The translations under genes were made by a program, and so were the position numbers. A stretch of DNA of 63,892 bases, filler included, from Octopus bimaculoides (taxonomy: Eukaryota), in the NCBI RefSeq assembly GCF_001194135.2. It is 9 parts of 8 records of this genome, joined end to end, with 100 filler letters (N's around TTAATTAATTAA, not from the genome) between each part and the next. Parts side by side here need not be neighbours in the genome. Positions count along the whole stretch, not along the records: positions 42,040 to 58,663 come from NC_068987.1; positions 58,764 to 62,577 come from NC_069003.1; 7 more parts are not named here. The stretch is one strand, 5' to 3'. The notes under the pieces were generated by a model. It searched no databases, was not told the DNA's origin, and was given only the letters and a program-made list of their open reading frames with translations. This document shows, one piece after another, positions 46,919 through 60,764 of this stretch. Each line of letters begins with the position of its first letter. The first letter of the stretch is position 1.

Positions 46919-47429
46919 ATATAAAGGTGTAGAAATATTAGTATGACATTCTCCCAAATTCCATTTTCTAGAACTGAGTTTTATTAAAATAAAATGGCGG
47001 TTTCACACTATGTGTTTTCGAACTTGGAATTTTATTTTAACATTTCTCAATTAGTATGAATAATTAAATGTCTAACGCTGTGTTAAAACCCATCTATCGA
47101 GTGTGAAGGCTTCATTGTTAACATCAAAGTCATCATCATCATCATCAGCTGGTGCATTCGTCGCTTCGTGTTTTCAGTTATGAGCTAACTATTGTTTTCA
47201 TCACTTAATCACTTAAGGTTTTGTATTATCACGGGTCTGTTGAGTAATGATACAACAAGTCTTTTGCAGGACCCGTGTCCGTGCTAATTTTTATCTGTTC
47301 TGTTGGGTGTATAGTTTAAGCACCGAGTTTATATTTTATATCATTTGTCTGAAATTTTATTTAAATATTTTAATATTGGTCTTCCAAAGATTTCCTACTT
47401 AAGTTTTCCTTTCTAGCTGTTTGACAAGT

Positions 47430-47478
47430 GAGTGTGTGTGATAGAGATACACATACATACATACATACATACATACAT

Positions 47479-47559
<81 letters not shown>

Positions 47560-47576
47560 AATAAAGAAAGAAAGAA
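47430..47576. repeat. Compound tetranucleotide array (ACAT)n(ACAG)n(AAAG)n
   Basis: Direct. Confidence 0.97.
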
Positions 47577-47701
47577 TGTGTGCAATGCACAGAAATTATG
47601 GCGTGATAAACAATGTCATTATGCTGTAACTTGCACAAGTTTTTCTGCTACAACATCGAGTTGATCCAAACTGGAGTAATCAGTCATATGCACTATTACC
47701 C

Positions 47702-47843
47702 CTTCTACCCTAGGTATAAGGCTTGAGATTTTAGGGGAGAAAATAAGTTGATTTCATTGACCCCAGTGCTAAACTAGAACTTATTTCACCGAACCCGAAA
47801 GGATGAATGGCGAAGTCGACCTCGGTGGAATTTGAACTCAGAA
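47702..47843 (-). mobile_element. SINE family D 3' half
   Basis: CCCGAAAGGATGAATGGCGAAGTCGACCTCGGTGGAATTTGAACTCAG. Confidence 0.8.
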
Positions 47844-49436
47844 GTCACACCATATAATACAACGAGTATTTTCTTTGTTCAAACAACTGGATTTTTCATT
47901 CGTCAAAAGTAACACACTATCCATAGCTATATTGTTCAGCATAGGGATACAATATAGTTAGGGGATAGGGTGCAATTAGTAATATTTACTGCATGTTTTA
48001 CTTTGAGAAAAGAATATTTTTTCTAAATGTTCAGTGCCTTATATGATCTATATCAGCTAAGCAAATGACTAAATGCGTTAAAACCGCTATAACATTCAAA
48101 ACACATTTCAGAAAATTATCTCCGTTTTCTTTGAGCATATAAAGACAAATTTGGCCGGAGCAAAATGAATAAAACAAGGTAAGTTAAATTTACCTCTTCA
48201 GCACTCCCAAATTACATTTGAGGAAAGGTTCTTACATAATACCCATCTTTAGACATTAGAAAGATAGAAATACAACAAAAATTTAAAATATCAAGAGGAA
48301 AATGGCACATGGTAAAAAATTAACGAAACTTGGCTAAATCGAAAAACGCAACATAAAATATTATCTGTAGCTTCTTGACGATCTGCTGGAGTGGTTCTCT
48401 TCATGAGATATTTACACGCCATGCAGTTAAAGAGAAGAAATTATTGAAATCAGTCATTACTCCTTTTGCCCCATTCTTTTAAAATTGAAACTTATTAAAT
48501 TATACATTAATTTGGAGGAATATATTGACTTCAAATCCAACATGGAAAAGAATTTTGATAGTTAAAAACTAAAAATTATCCAGATATTTTATTAGCGACC
48601 TCAATTACAATCGGGTCATATTTGAGGAAAATTTTCTTGAAAAAAAAAGGACCTGTCACCTGATTTTGTTTCAAATTCTCTCAACTTCAACAACAGCTAT
48701 ACTGAGTATTTACTCTCACAGATGATTGATGCCATAGTGCAACAGGATGATGCAATACATGTAATGATTTCAAATAACAAGATATCAGAAATTACCCATT
48801 TTGCCCTATCCCTGTGCAATATCCATCATTATATCGAATATGTATTGTTATTCACTTACTATGCTTGGTCCATATTTCGACTGTTCATGAAACTGTTATG
48901 ACGTTAGCAACTGCTGAGTGGGCATATGTATCTATATAGAATATTAGGTATTTTACTGGGAGGTTCCTCATCAAGTTAATTGACATCTAAAGCAGATGTG
49001 AGGTTCCAATTTTTATCTAATTTCAATACATGATGATAATCCATGGTTATGTGTACTGATGGTTAATGAGCGAACTGGCTATTGTTGTTAGTATATTAGC
49101 TGGCAGTAATAAAAAACATACTTCGGTAATAACGGCAAACGACATGTTAAATGATATTAATGAAATCATTTAAGAGAGTGTCAAATGAGAATTTGAAGGA
49201 TAAACACTGCATTCAGGATTTTATTGACAGCTAATAAACTCGTTTCTCTCATTAGATACCATTAAGAAAATCAGAGAAGACAAGAATACTACATAATCTT
49301 AACCGTCCGCTCTGCTCCAAAAACTTGAGTCATTCTGTCTGTCAAAGTTATCAAGTTATATAAACAGTAAAAGAAACTTATCAAGTAAATTCATTACGCT
49401 AAATGGGGACGGAACATTAGTTTCTTTTAAAACTAT

Positions 49437-49500
<64 letters not shown>

Positions 49501-49869
49501 GCACGCTCACACTTACAAACACACACACACACACGTGTGTGTGTGTGTGCGCGCGTGCGAATGTATATAAGCTTTATATAGTTAGAAAGATTTCTATATA
49601 TGGGACAACATTTATTTTAGATATGTTCAAGTTTAATCTTTTATACTTAACGTTTTAATATTTTCTTATAGTAATCTTACATTCATTTTTATCAACCTTT
49701 CCAGACTATCTCAACCTTGATATGAAGTGGTGTTGACTTCGATATTACTTCTATTAGAGTGTACAACTTTTATTTATGCAGAATTTGCCACTAGAATTTA
49801 GCCTTTAAAATCTCTCATCAACAAGAATGTATTCTGTTCGTTAGAGTTACATATCCTCGGTCGTTCTTT

Positions 49870-50260
49870 GTGGCGTATGTTATTTGTATGTTTATCTGAG
49901 TTTTCTGTTGTGAGACGAGTATTACTTCTATAAGTGTCAATTCTTGTGGGGAATTCTATATGGAATGGATGTACTACCTGTTAATATCTTCCTCTCCAAT
50001 GATGCGTGGTGAAGTCACTTCCAATTTCTCCTCGTTGTAAATGCATAGTGAGCCTACAAGTGAGTTTTGTGCTTGTATGGCCTATGCAACAGTTAAAATC
50101 ATGAAATTTACAATATCCATTTTTATATTCGAATCTATAAATTACATTTGTCGTTTGTAGCGTGTTCTCGGGTTTACATGCTCGTGATGTGTTTCTGATA
50201 AGGTTTTGATTTCCGTACTTTTGTAATGTATAAGGTCACTCTGTCGCTACGCTGTCGGTA
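49870..50260 (-). pseudogene. Penelope-like GIY-YIG endonuclease remnant
   Basis: HYKS/NLIRN...QTTNVIYRF...CIGHTSTKLTCRLTMHLQRG...LTLIEVILV...INIQ. Confidence 0.72.
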
Positions 50261-50576
50261 AAAATATTTCTTTATCACGCAAGTACCTTCATGAATTATT
50301 CAAAGTGAAAGTCTTTTTCTGTAGTCTCTGTTGCATTGTATATATGTTGAAAGACACAAGAACACGCGCGTGCGCAATCAAGCAAACAATCAAAAAGAAA
50401 TAACAATATATTATATATATATATATACTTATAGCTTTTTTGAAGTCTGCGTTGTGCTAACAGATTTGCACTTAAAAGTTCCGCGTTTTAATCAAAACTT
50501 GTTAGTTACTATGATGAAAACACTATCTATCTCTATCTATCTTTCACACATACACGCACGCACACACACACACACA

Positions 50577-50656
<80 letters not shown>

Positions 50657-50979
50657 TTCTCTCTCAACAACAACTTTTTTCTCCTCTTCTTCACAAAATA
50701 TACGTTGTGACGCTTCTTTTGATTTCTCCCTTTCTTTCCCTCCTAATATATGTTGTGACGGACTGACAGATGGAGGTCCGTTTCTCTTTTATAATAAAAG
50801 ATTATCAGTGTCAGTTTACAGTGTGATGCATTCTGTGTTTTATGATATTTTTCCTTATGCGTTCATCTGTTCTATACTTTGTATGCATTGGATTCATATA
50901 ATACACTTAGTGAATAAATTTAGTAATGGTAGTAAGAGTAACGCCCAATGTATTTTTTGTTAGTATGTTTTTCTATATA

Positions 50980-51433
50980 CATCAATAGCTTGATCTACTA
51001 GTCTGTTTGAATAACCACTCTTAATTATTGCTTTGTTCTGTAGATTCCTTTATCTATGCCTCTTTTGTGGAGGAGAATCTAAATGCTATCCTAAATAGTG
51101 ATTTTACAAGTAACATTTTGTAGTTATGTGGGAATTCATTGTCTCCATGTAGGCAAAAGCATTTATTGATGTCTTTGACGTGAACTGTCGTAACGTAACT
51201 AACACTTGTAAATCTGAATGTTTACATCAAGAATTAGATTTTTAATATCGTTTTCGAGTTGGAGTTTCAGTACTGAGTTGCCCTTTAAGTTTTTTCACTA
51301 TTTCGACGTTTACTTATGTGTTCATGTTTACGTATTTAGTGTACATTATATATTTATGTTTAGTTATTAATCTGTTTTCTGCTGAAGCTGGATACAATAC
51401 TGCGAATGTAGGTTTTAAAAGATAACCCATGAC
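50980..51433 (-). pseudogene. Penelope-like reverse transcriptase remnant, upstream of and collinear with the GIY-YIG piece
   Basis: MGYLLKPTFA...YTKYVN (decayed YVDD); SVLK...LDVNI; TTVHVK...CLHGDNEFPHNYK...AFRFSST; GYSNRLVDQAI. Confidence 0.75.
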
Positions 51434-51671
51434 TACTCTATCCTATATATATNNNNNNNNNNNNNNNNNNNNNNNNNNNNNNNNNNNNNNNNNNNNNNNN
51501 NNNNNNNNNNNNNNNNNNNNNNNNNNNNNNNNNNNNNNNNNNNNNNNNNNNNNNNNNNNNNNNNNNNNNNNNNNNNNNNNNNNNNNNNNNNNNNNNNNNN
51601 NNNNNNNNNNNNNNNNNNNNNNNNNNNNNNNNNNNNNNNNNNNNNNNNNNNNNNNNNNNNNNNNNNNNNNN

Positions 51672-51704
<33 letters not shown>

Positions 51705-51899
51705 TTATGTATATGTATATAATATATAAATATATATACTGTATTCATCTGGTATGTTCTTTTTGATAATCTTATTTTTATAACGGTTTTATGCGTAGGT
51801 GTATTTATTTGGGATTTTGTAAGTCGGGTTGTGAAATGATAGTGATGCCACTGAGCACGAGAGTTTGTCTCCTGAAGATTGAATCCGAAGAACCTCTGA

Positions 51900-52200
51900 C
51901 AATACTAAATTCACTATCTTGAATTCGGTTTTAATGCCAACTCTTACCAACTCTTAGTCAGCCATTTGGGGTTTTGACCAAAAGAGTACCAAAATGAATA
52001 CAACAGTTGAAATGGACTTTCTCCGAAAGTCTCTGTCGTAGTGTTACTTGATAGTGTGTTTAGTTTGGAGATCAAGGAGCTATGGATGTGATAGCTATCA
52101 GTAAGAAAAGGATTTCCAGCATGTGCCTTGGTGCGCATTTTTTGATGACCTTGAGAACTACGTATCTCTTAACCGACCTCGAACCAACGTACTGAATAAC
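51900..52200 (-). pseudogene. Possible I/Nimb-clade LINE post-RT remnant
   Basis: SSLISKLNTL...TETFGESPFQLLY resembles the KLDxI...TGAFRTSPxxSLY motif. Confidence 0.35.
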
Positions 52201-52233
52201 TATAAATTTCCAGTATTGTACCAATTTTAAAAT

Positions 52234-52340
52234 TGTGATGGGTTGGCAACATTCCTTATAGCGTCAGACACAATAGATTCTATTAGTTTAACGTTCTAAG
52301 TTCAAATCGGCCGAGTTTGCTTTTCATCCTTCTACGATCG
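52234..52340 (+). mobile_element. SINE family D, old
   Basis: GGGTTGGCAA...TAAGTTCAAAT...TTTTCATCC...AAATAAGGTACC. Confidence 0.55.
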
Positions 52341-53684
52341 TTGAAATAAGGTACCATTACCTGACAAGATATATTTTATTTGGCAGTTTATTCTTGCTTG
52401 ATCCCTTACCTATTCACCACTTTATGACTATGTTGGAAATGTTTATTTATTGTCGTCAAACATCTGCGAAACGTTGCTTTTCATTGTAGAATTAACGTTA
52501 ATACGAATTGTTTTATGATGTCTGCTGCAAGAATGAAATCATCCTCTCCATTCCTCCTTATATATATATAAGCATGCGTACATATACATTTATAAAGTAT
52601 GTATATATATATATATTTGTATATATGAGGTGTAAGCGTGAGTGTGTTTTATGTATATGTTCGTGTGTGTTGTTATGTGCGCGTAACCACTCATTTAGAT
52701 TCCCTATTACAATTACATAGAGACTTATCCGTGTTCTTCTCCAAGTGTGTGCTTAAGTGTAGGTGTTGATGTGGGTGTCAGTTGTGGTAGGGGAGTGAAC
52801 GTTTGTGTGAAAGTTTTTTCTTTTTTCATGAAAGACAAAATGGCGCAGAGATATTGCAAGAGGTTCTCAGACATTTCTAGTTATTAATCGAAATAAATTA
52901 TGTATTTATACTGAATATTTTAGAATGCGTGTTTCTGACTAGACTAATTCCATTTATTAATTACATTGCTGTCGTTAACAACAAACAGTTACAACAACAG
53001 TTACAACAAGAACAACAACAATAACCGCAATAACAACGGCGCAGTAGACAAGGATCATAGAGATTCCAATACCAGCTTCGAAATCTGCCTTTTCTCGTAT
53101 CACTGCCATCATAATTACCAAAAACAGCTCTGCCGTCTCTGCCACTACCACCGCCATCACCACATCATCATCATCATCATCATCCTCAGCTTCATCACCA
53201 ATAACTCCACCATCACTATCACCAATACTGCCACTATCACTACCAGCATTATTATCACCAGCATAACACTCATAACCACCATGGTTACGCACATCCCCCC
53301 TGTTTCCACCTAACCCGCCTCTTTAGACATATCACGCAATAAATGACGTGTATAGCTTCAAGATATCAGGTCACTGTTCACAAGTTTTATCTATGATATC
53401 CATAGTGTGCTCTGTAAAGCTAACTCCTTTGCTCTTTTACTAGTCGCAGTCATGTGGCAGAACTATACTGGCTTACTCTGTCAAAGCTTCTCGATTGGGC
53501 TAAATTGGTCAGTACCCTATAAACTACAGTACTTCAACTAATTTTCTCTCTGCGATATATTGCATATTGTGAACTGTAGGGACACCGTATTTCGTTATGA
53601 AACAATAATATGCTACAAAGTATATAATGTCACATCGCTATATTTAGGGGCTATTTAAGCAATGAGTTCGTAGATGGTTGAGTT

Positions 53685-53730
53685 GGATGAGTGCTGAGGA
53701 AGGAGCAAAACTCCTGAAATATGGCATATA
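53685..53730 (+). ncRNA. Decayed minimal HHR-like motif
   Basis: CUGAGGA-AGGAG(CAAAA)CUCCU-GAAA-UAU; 5-bp stem II; the cleavage base is G and stem I is poor. Confidence 0.35.
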
Positions 53731-55212
53731 CACCCATTACCCCCTCTTCGTCTTCGATCTAATTGTTGTTTACATTAGACGTACTTGTAACGAATCAGTG
53801 CTGGCTATAATTCCTATAGAAAACCGATAGAAATAACCTTAGCAAATTACATATTGTCACGAATAGAACTCTTTGGAATTATACAGGCTTGTGTGAGTCC
53901 AATAAGAGTACTAGAGAAAATATCTAACTCTTCATTTGCACTTGAACTCAATTGTTTAACTCTGCATTTAGCAGAGTTATGAATCGAAAATTATCCTCTA
54001 GCTCTTTCTTTTTTTTTTTCTTTTGTTCACTCCTTAATTAGCATTAGGAACCGTTTCCGCCTCATACGAATAGGTCAACTTTGCTTAGTTTGTAAATAAA
54101 AAACAACTGACCTTTGATGGTTTTTCCTTTCACACAGCTGTCCAGTATTGTTGCTGTTAGCCTCTCGCACCAATTTAACTCTTCTTACTGAGTGGCGTGG
54201 CAAACTGTCGAAGTAGGCTTTAAATTTCATCGTCCGTTTCCAATGTCAACCATATTATGCAAACAATTTCAGAAATTGACACCGTGAAAACAAATATGTC
54301 TATTCCATTTCGAAAACACGATCCACTTCGGCCCGTCAAAACTCCCTGGTGTCTTGCCGATTCATTCTGAGACATGCACTATAGTGACTTTGGAATATTC
54401 AACCACTTGCACGATAATTCAATGAGCTCGATTGATTGAGCAGGTAGAAACATTCATCGCCGAAACTAACGAATATTTATTTACAAATTATTGTAGCCAA
54501 GAAGACCACAAACTCCGTGTTTAGCGTCATACAAATAACAGTAACGGTTTCTAACCGAGATACGATCCCACACTTAATTTTATATATTTTTATCTTTAAA
54601 CGAAGGGGTAGAGAGGATGGTGGGGGTATTTTCAATCAAATCAACCTCTGTAGATGACAGGTACTTACTTTATCGATCTCGGAAGTAAGAGAACCAAAGT
54701 CACCAGAAGACAATTCTCTAACACTCTACCTATTCTGTTAACAAAAGCAAAAAATAAACGTTACAAAATATATAGAGACCACAACAACAATAACAGCGAT
54801 ACGTTGAATACAATTCTACTGCCGTTCCTCAATGCATATGTCTGACGATTCTGACGACAAATGATCGGCCAAGTTTATGAAAGAAAAGGAAACAAAAAAG
54901 AATTAAAAAAAACATAGCCAACTTGTTGAACATTTAATAATGGACCATATACTAGCGGATATAGGGGCTGAAGTAAGATGGAGGTGTTTTCAATTATCTT
55001 CATAGAAAATGTAGTCCTATTGTGATGATGATTGCTTCTAACCTGCAGCTGAATGGAGAATCACATTGATGACTGAGTGGGAAGAAAGAGGCAAAAAGAG
55101 ATGACAGACTGTGCGAGGGAGGAGGGAAGATGTGGGCAGGAAAAACAAAATAAGATGAGAAGGATGTGTACTAAAGAGTAAGTACTTAACACATATAATA
55201 AGCAAAGAGACG

Positions 55213-55259
<47 letters not shown>

Positions 55260-55893
55260 NNNNNNNNNNNNNNNNNNNNNNNNNNNNNNNNNNNNNNNNN
55301 NNNNNNNNNNNNNNNNNNNNNNNNNNNNNNNNNNNNNNNNNNNNNNNNNNNNNNNNNNNNNNNNNNNNNNNNNNNNNNNNNNNNNNNNNNNNNNNNNNNN
55401 NNNNNNNNNNNNNNNNNNNNNNNNNNNNNNNNNNNNNNNNNNNNNNNNNNNNNNNNNNNNNNNNNNNNNNNNNNNNNNNNNNNNNNNNNNNNNNNNNNNN
55501 NNNNNNNNNNNNNNNNNNNNNNNNNNNNNNNNNNNNNNNNNNNNNNNNNNNNNNNNNNNNNNNNNNNNNNNNNNNNNNNNNNNNNNNNNNNNNNNNNNNN
55601 NNNNNNNNNNNNNNNNNNNNNNNATATACCTATATATATATATATATATATATATAAACACACATATATAATACATACACACATACATACATACATACAT
55701 ACATACCTACCTACATACATACATACATACATACAAAGGAGTGGACAAACGAAAGATATAGCACTCAAGAGACTGAATGAGTTGGAATTATATGTATTAA
55801 ATAACAGTTTGAGTCAACTCTACATTTCTTAAAGATTCTTGGGCATAGAATACGACCACATCATCTGAGGCAGAGAAGAGAGATTTTAAAAGA

Positions 55894-55940
<47 letters not shown>

Positions 55941-55950
55941 NNNNNNNNNN

Positions 55951-55984
<34 letters not shown>

Positions 55985-57089
55985 CACAGGCACACACACA
56001 CACACAGAGGCACAGGCACACACACATATACACACAGACGCACACACAAACACATACACACACACACACAGGCACACACACACACATACACACACATGTA
56101 TATGCCTATATGAATACATTAATATAGACGTGTGTACTCAAGGATACGCATGCACACACATACACACACATATTTAAGCCAAACGAATGCGTAGAAGGCT
56201 GTGTTGATCTAGGGCAGCTCCTAGTTTGTGTTGCGATAGGGCTCCAGTTTGAAGAGAGGTTATGTTTGCGGCCATTGGAGTCTGACGAGTCGTCTATAAG
56301 GCTAAGTGCTTTATGGATACAAAACTATTAATCACTCTAATACCAGCTATATAATTACCTTCTCAGTCTCTAAATAAGTGCTTCCCCGTGGCTAAAAGTT
56401 GTTCTGACTCTTATTTCGTGCAATTCTAGTGATGAGTTGCATCCTTAGTCACACTTTAGTGACGCTTGTACTTGTGCCTTTTTAGTTTTAAATTGCGGAT
56501 AGTCACCTAACCAATGGCTAACACTGGTATCACCACCTTTGAACAGAATGCTTCCGTACTAAACGGTCTTTCGCCCCACTCACCTCTACCGTGTGACCGT
56601 TTAACCGAAACCGTGCCACGTTTCAATTTTAAATATTAGTCATGTGATATTTTGAAGAATAAATAGTTTGTTTCATAGAGACCAGCTATTAATTCTTTAA
56701 AATGTTATTTTAACATAATTGTGATGTCTGTTCATCACTTATTTCTACGTTAAACGTTGCTTAACACACCTTCAAATGTATTTAACAAAACTTAATCCAA
56801 AGATTAATTTATATTAATCCATTACTACATGTCTAGCCATTTTACGTCATGGTATTTGAAGGATAACGTAGCTAGTCTTAATGATACATATTTCTACATC
56901 CCACAATATCTTTTTGTTTTCTTCCTAATAGTTGAAAATAATTGCTGCAGGATTCCCACTTCTCAAATATTCTTATATTTACTACCCACCTGTTACATTT
57001 TTTTTTTCTTTTTGTAACCACAATTTAACATCCTGAATAGAGTTGGTTACATTATTTAATGTATTTCCATAACTATGAGCTTCCATAAC

Positions 57090-57262
57090 TTCTTTATAGA
57101 ATGTTCAAACACACTGTGGAACCATAGCTTACGTTAGCCATTGAAGAAATTATTTAATGAATAAATTATTTAATGTTTCTTATGGAAACTCATATTACCA
57201 CATACTTTTCTTTTCCGGTATCAAGTAACCGCTTACTATTTATATATATTAATAACTTGCTG
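57090..57262 (+). pseudogene. Very old CR1/L2-like RT remnant
   Basis: FNVSYGNS...FSG then P/LLFIYINNL (compare SGVPQG...PLLFLIYINDL). Confidence 0.35.
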
Positions 57263-57617
57263 ATTTCATATTAACAAGAAAACAACATTTACCATCAAGC
57301 TGGTTACTTTAATACCGTATTTCAATTAGATAAAATGTTTCAAGGTCTTATGCTTATTCTTCAACGTTTCTCGATATATTTCCGTGAAATATATGCTGTC
57401 TGATCGATATTCCAGGATGCATCTAAGGAATATATTAAGGCCTAATGATAATTATAGCTCCACATTGGCACAAGACCAGAAATTTATTGGAAAAATAGTT
57501 ATTATCGACTGAAGTTACACTACTTCGTTAGTGGTACGTATTCGATCGACCTTCGTCAGGTGTAAAGTGAGACGAATCCTAACGCAAAAGTACACAGTTG
57601 CCTGAAGAACTTTATGT

Positions 57618-57619
<2 letters not shown>

Positions 57620-57668
<49 letters not shown>

Positions 57669-58290
57669 CATTTATTTGCCACAGGGGCGAAGGATGAAGG
57701 GGACAATACAAAGACAGACATAAAGTGTGGTGGTATGTCCTGATATAGAACGAGGCTGTGGCTCTCATGTCTTCTTATCTTAAGTGATTGGAAGTGTTAT
57801 CATGTACATTGTGTTCTCTTGGTAAAAAAGATAGGTTACCGCAAATATTCTGCTCGATACCTCAGATTTGCTTGTCTATCACTTGACCTTAACCAGTTGA
57901 GCATGTCTTAGTGGCTGACAATATGTGCATCTCTGATCACGAGCAGAAGTAGTGGGGAAGCATCGAAGCCATGTGCTGAGAGGAATTTGGGGGGGGGTTG
58001 AATAAATCACCTCTAGAAACAGGGATATTTTATTCATCATCCTTAAACAAACCTTATTCAGGGGCCTTCTGAGTGAGATGGACTGCTCCACCTGAAGAAA
58101 ATTCTAACTGGGCTCCAACGGCAAGGTCATGCACTGTTTATCTTGATATGAGATCACCATGTCGCGCACATATTGTTGTGATGCAAGTGCTTGGTGTACC
58201 CTTATCAGATGGATAGTCATGATGAGTATAGTGGGCTTCGTATATTTGTACCCTAGTATCACTTAAATGGCATGCACTGCTCTCTCACTC

Positions 58291-58343
<53 letters not shown>

Positions 58344-58350
58344 TAATAAT
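57620..58350. mobile_element. Dispersed repeat segment bounded by (GAT)n on the left and (AAT)n on the right
   Basis: Internal homology to 1225-1341 and 1527-1570; the left end reads as GGCAAATAAATGAAAT(CAT)n on the minus strand, and the right end as CTCTCTCACTC(AAT)n. Confidence 0.6.
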
Positions 58351-58448
58351 AAACAGCTGGAACGTCAACGGACCATGATAAAACGATGGCAAGAAAAGCC
58401 CCTTCATGGCAAATACTGGGCTAAACTAAATGCAAAAGATATAGACAG
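58351..58448 (+). pseudogene. Dong/R4-like non-LTR retrotransposon fragment abutting (AAT)n
   Basis: KQLERQRTMIKRWQEKPLHGKYWAKLNAKDID matches the WxxKPLHGxY...ID motif of RLE-type elements. Confidence 0.65.
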
Positions 58449-58618
58449 AGGCGTAGGAGTGGCTGTATAGTAAGTAGCTTGCTTACAAACCACGTGATTC
58501 CGGGTCCGGTCCCACTGCGTGGCACCTTGGGCAAATGTCTTCTAATATAGCCTCGGGCCGACCAAAGCCTTGTGAGTGGATTTGGTAGACGGAAACTGAA
58601 AGAAGCTCGTCGTATATG

Positions 58619-58663
<45 letters not shown>
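58449..58663 (+). mobile_element. SINE family A head running into (TG)n and a gap
   Basis: AGGCGTAGGAGTGGCTG...GGAAACTGAAAGAAGCTCGTCG. Confidence 0.92.
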
Positions 58664-59274
58664 NNNNNNNNNNNNNNNNNNNNNNNNNNNNNNNNNNNNN
58701 NNNNNNNTTAATTAATTAANNNNNNNNNNNNNNNNNNNNNNNNNNNNNNNNNNNNNNNNNNNNATATATATATATATATATATATATATATACGTATATT
58801 AATATATACATGACACCCATAAACATACGTATAAAATAGGTATATATCTATACATATCTATACATATGCGTGTGTGAGTAGGTTTAGCATATATACAGAG
58901 AAGAAATACAAACACACACATACACAGGACACTCCTGCGTACACAAACACATGACATATATTTGAATGTATATGCAGTACATATGTGCGACTGGGGAGGG
59001 GTGCAGTGTATTTATTTAGTGGCTTATATCAGAGTCAACAACATTGCAGTAGAGTATAGAAGGGAATCGTTTAAAGAGTCGAGTCCAGATGACGGAGATG
59101 GAAAGGATAAAAGCAAATCAAAGACCAGTGCAATAACAGCAACAACAACAATAATGACAATAATAATAATAATAATTGTAATGATTATAATAATAGTAAT
59201 AGCAATAACAATAATAATAAACAACAACAACAACAATAATAAATAATAACAACAACAACAATAATGATAATGAT

Positions 59275-59313
<39 letters not shown>

Positions 59314-59866
59314 TGCTAAAAAAACCAAAACTACATATTTCTCGCTGTTTCTTTCCTTTTCTCTTCTTGTCTCTTTCTCTCTCTTCATCTATCTCTCCTT
59401 TTATCTCTATTTCTGTCTTTATCTGTCTCTCTCTTCTCTCCTTGTCCATTCATCTAAATTTAATCAAGTCAAGCGTGTTAGGTGTGAAGTAAACAGCTTC
59501 TGATATCAGACGGCAAAGACCTCTACATGAAAAGAGTTTCTCTCTTATATTTCCCGTCCACCAACATCACACATTCCGAAAATGCCAATGAATTTTATTA
59601 CAGTTTCTCACAACGTTTTCTAGGTGACTTGGTGATTTGTAGATTTTATTAGTTCTACCAATTTGTCCTTGATTTTCAATGGATAATATCTGAACTGTTT
59701 GCATTCACCAACACCTCTGTCATCTACCCTTGCTTCTAACAAACATACCTACCAACCTGCTTGTCTGTTTATTTGTGTACCCCGTTTTCTCGGTGTTTAA
59801 TGTGCATTATATGTCACCCGCTTATCGGATTATTTACTAGTATATCTGTATCTTCCTGCACGCGTG

Positions 59867-59923
<57 letters not shown>

Positions 59924-60723
59924 NNNNNNNNNNNNNNNNNNNNNNNNNNNNNNNNNNNNNNNNNNNNNNNNNNNNNNNNNNNNNNNNNNNNNNNNNNNNN
60001 NNNNNNNNNNNNNNNNNNNNNNNNNNNNNNNNNNNNNNNNNNNNNNNNNNNNNNNNNNNNNNNNNNNNNNNNNNNNNNNNNNNNNNNNNNNNNNNNNNNN
60101 NNNNNNNNNNNNNNNNNNNNNNNNNNNNNNNNNNNNNNNNNNNNNNNNNNNNNNNNNNNNNNNNNNNNNNNNNNNNNNNNNNNNNNNNNNNNNNNNNNNN
60201 NNNNNNNNNNNNNNNNNNNNNNNNNNNNNNNNNNNNNNNNNNNNNNNNNNNNNNNNNNNNNNNNNNNNNNNNNNNNNNNNNNNNNNNNNNNNNNNNNNNN
60301 NNNNNNNNNNNNNNNNNNNNNNNNNNNNNNNNNNNNNNNNNNNNNNNNNNNNNNNNNNNNNNNNNNNNNNNNNNNNNNNNNNNNNNNNNNNNNNNNTATA
60401 TATATATATATGCATGCATATGCATACACCCACACGCATACATACAGATACCAATATGTATTACATTCTATCTCTATATCTATTGTTCGTCTGTCAATCT
60501 AAATTAAAAAAATTTCTTAGGTTCCAAACCATTCACTCGATTAAATGGAACTCTATATACGTATACTCGCAAAAACACCTCTTATGTATGTACACATATG
60601 TGTGTATATATGGGTGTGTATTTGAGTGACATTATACATGCATGTATTTATACGTGCATATATACACACAGATACGCGTGTATATACAGTAAATAAATAT
60701 ATACTTATACCCAGTGTGTGTGT

Positions 60724-60764
<41 letters not shown>

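Noticed and set aside
56282-56306. CTGACGAGTC...GGCTAAG hammerhead-like start
   Set aside because: It lacks GAAA, stem III and NUH.
57536-57559. Hammerhead-like CTGACGAAGGTCGATCGAATACGT on the minus strand
   Set aside because: There is no stem II loop and no stem I pairing, and it lies in a decayed family D SINE segment that explains the sequence.
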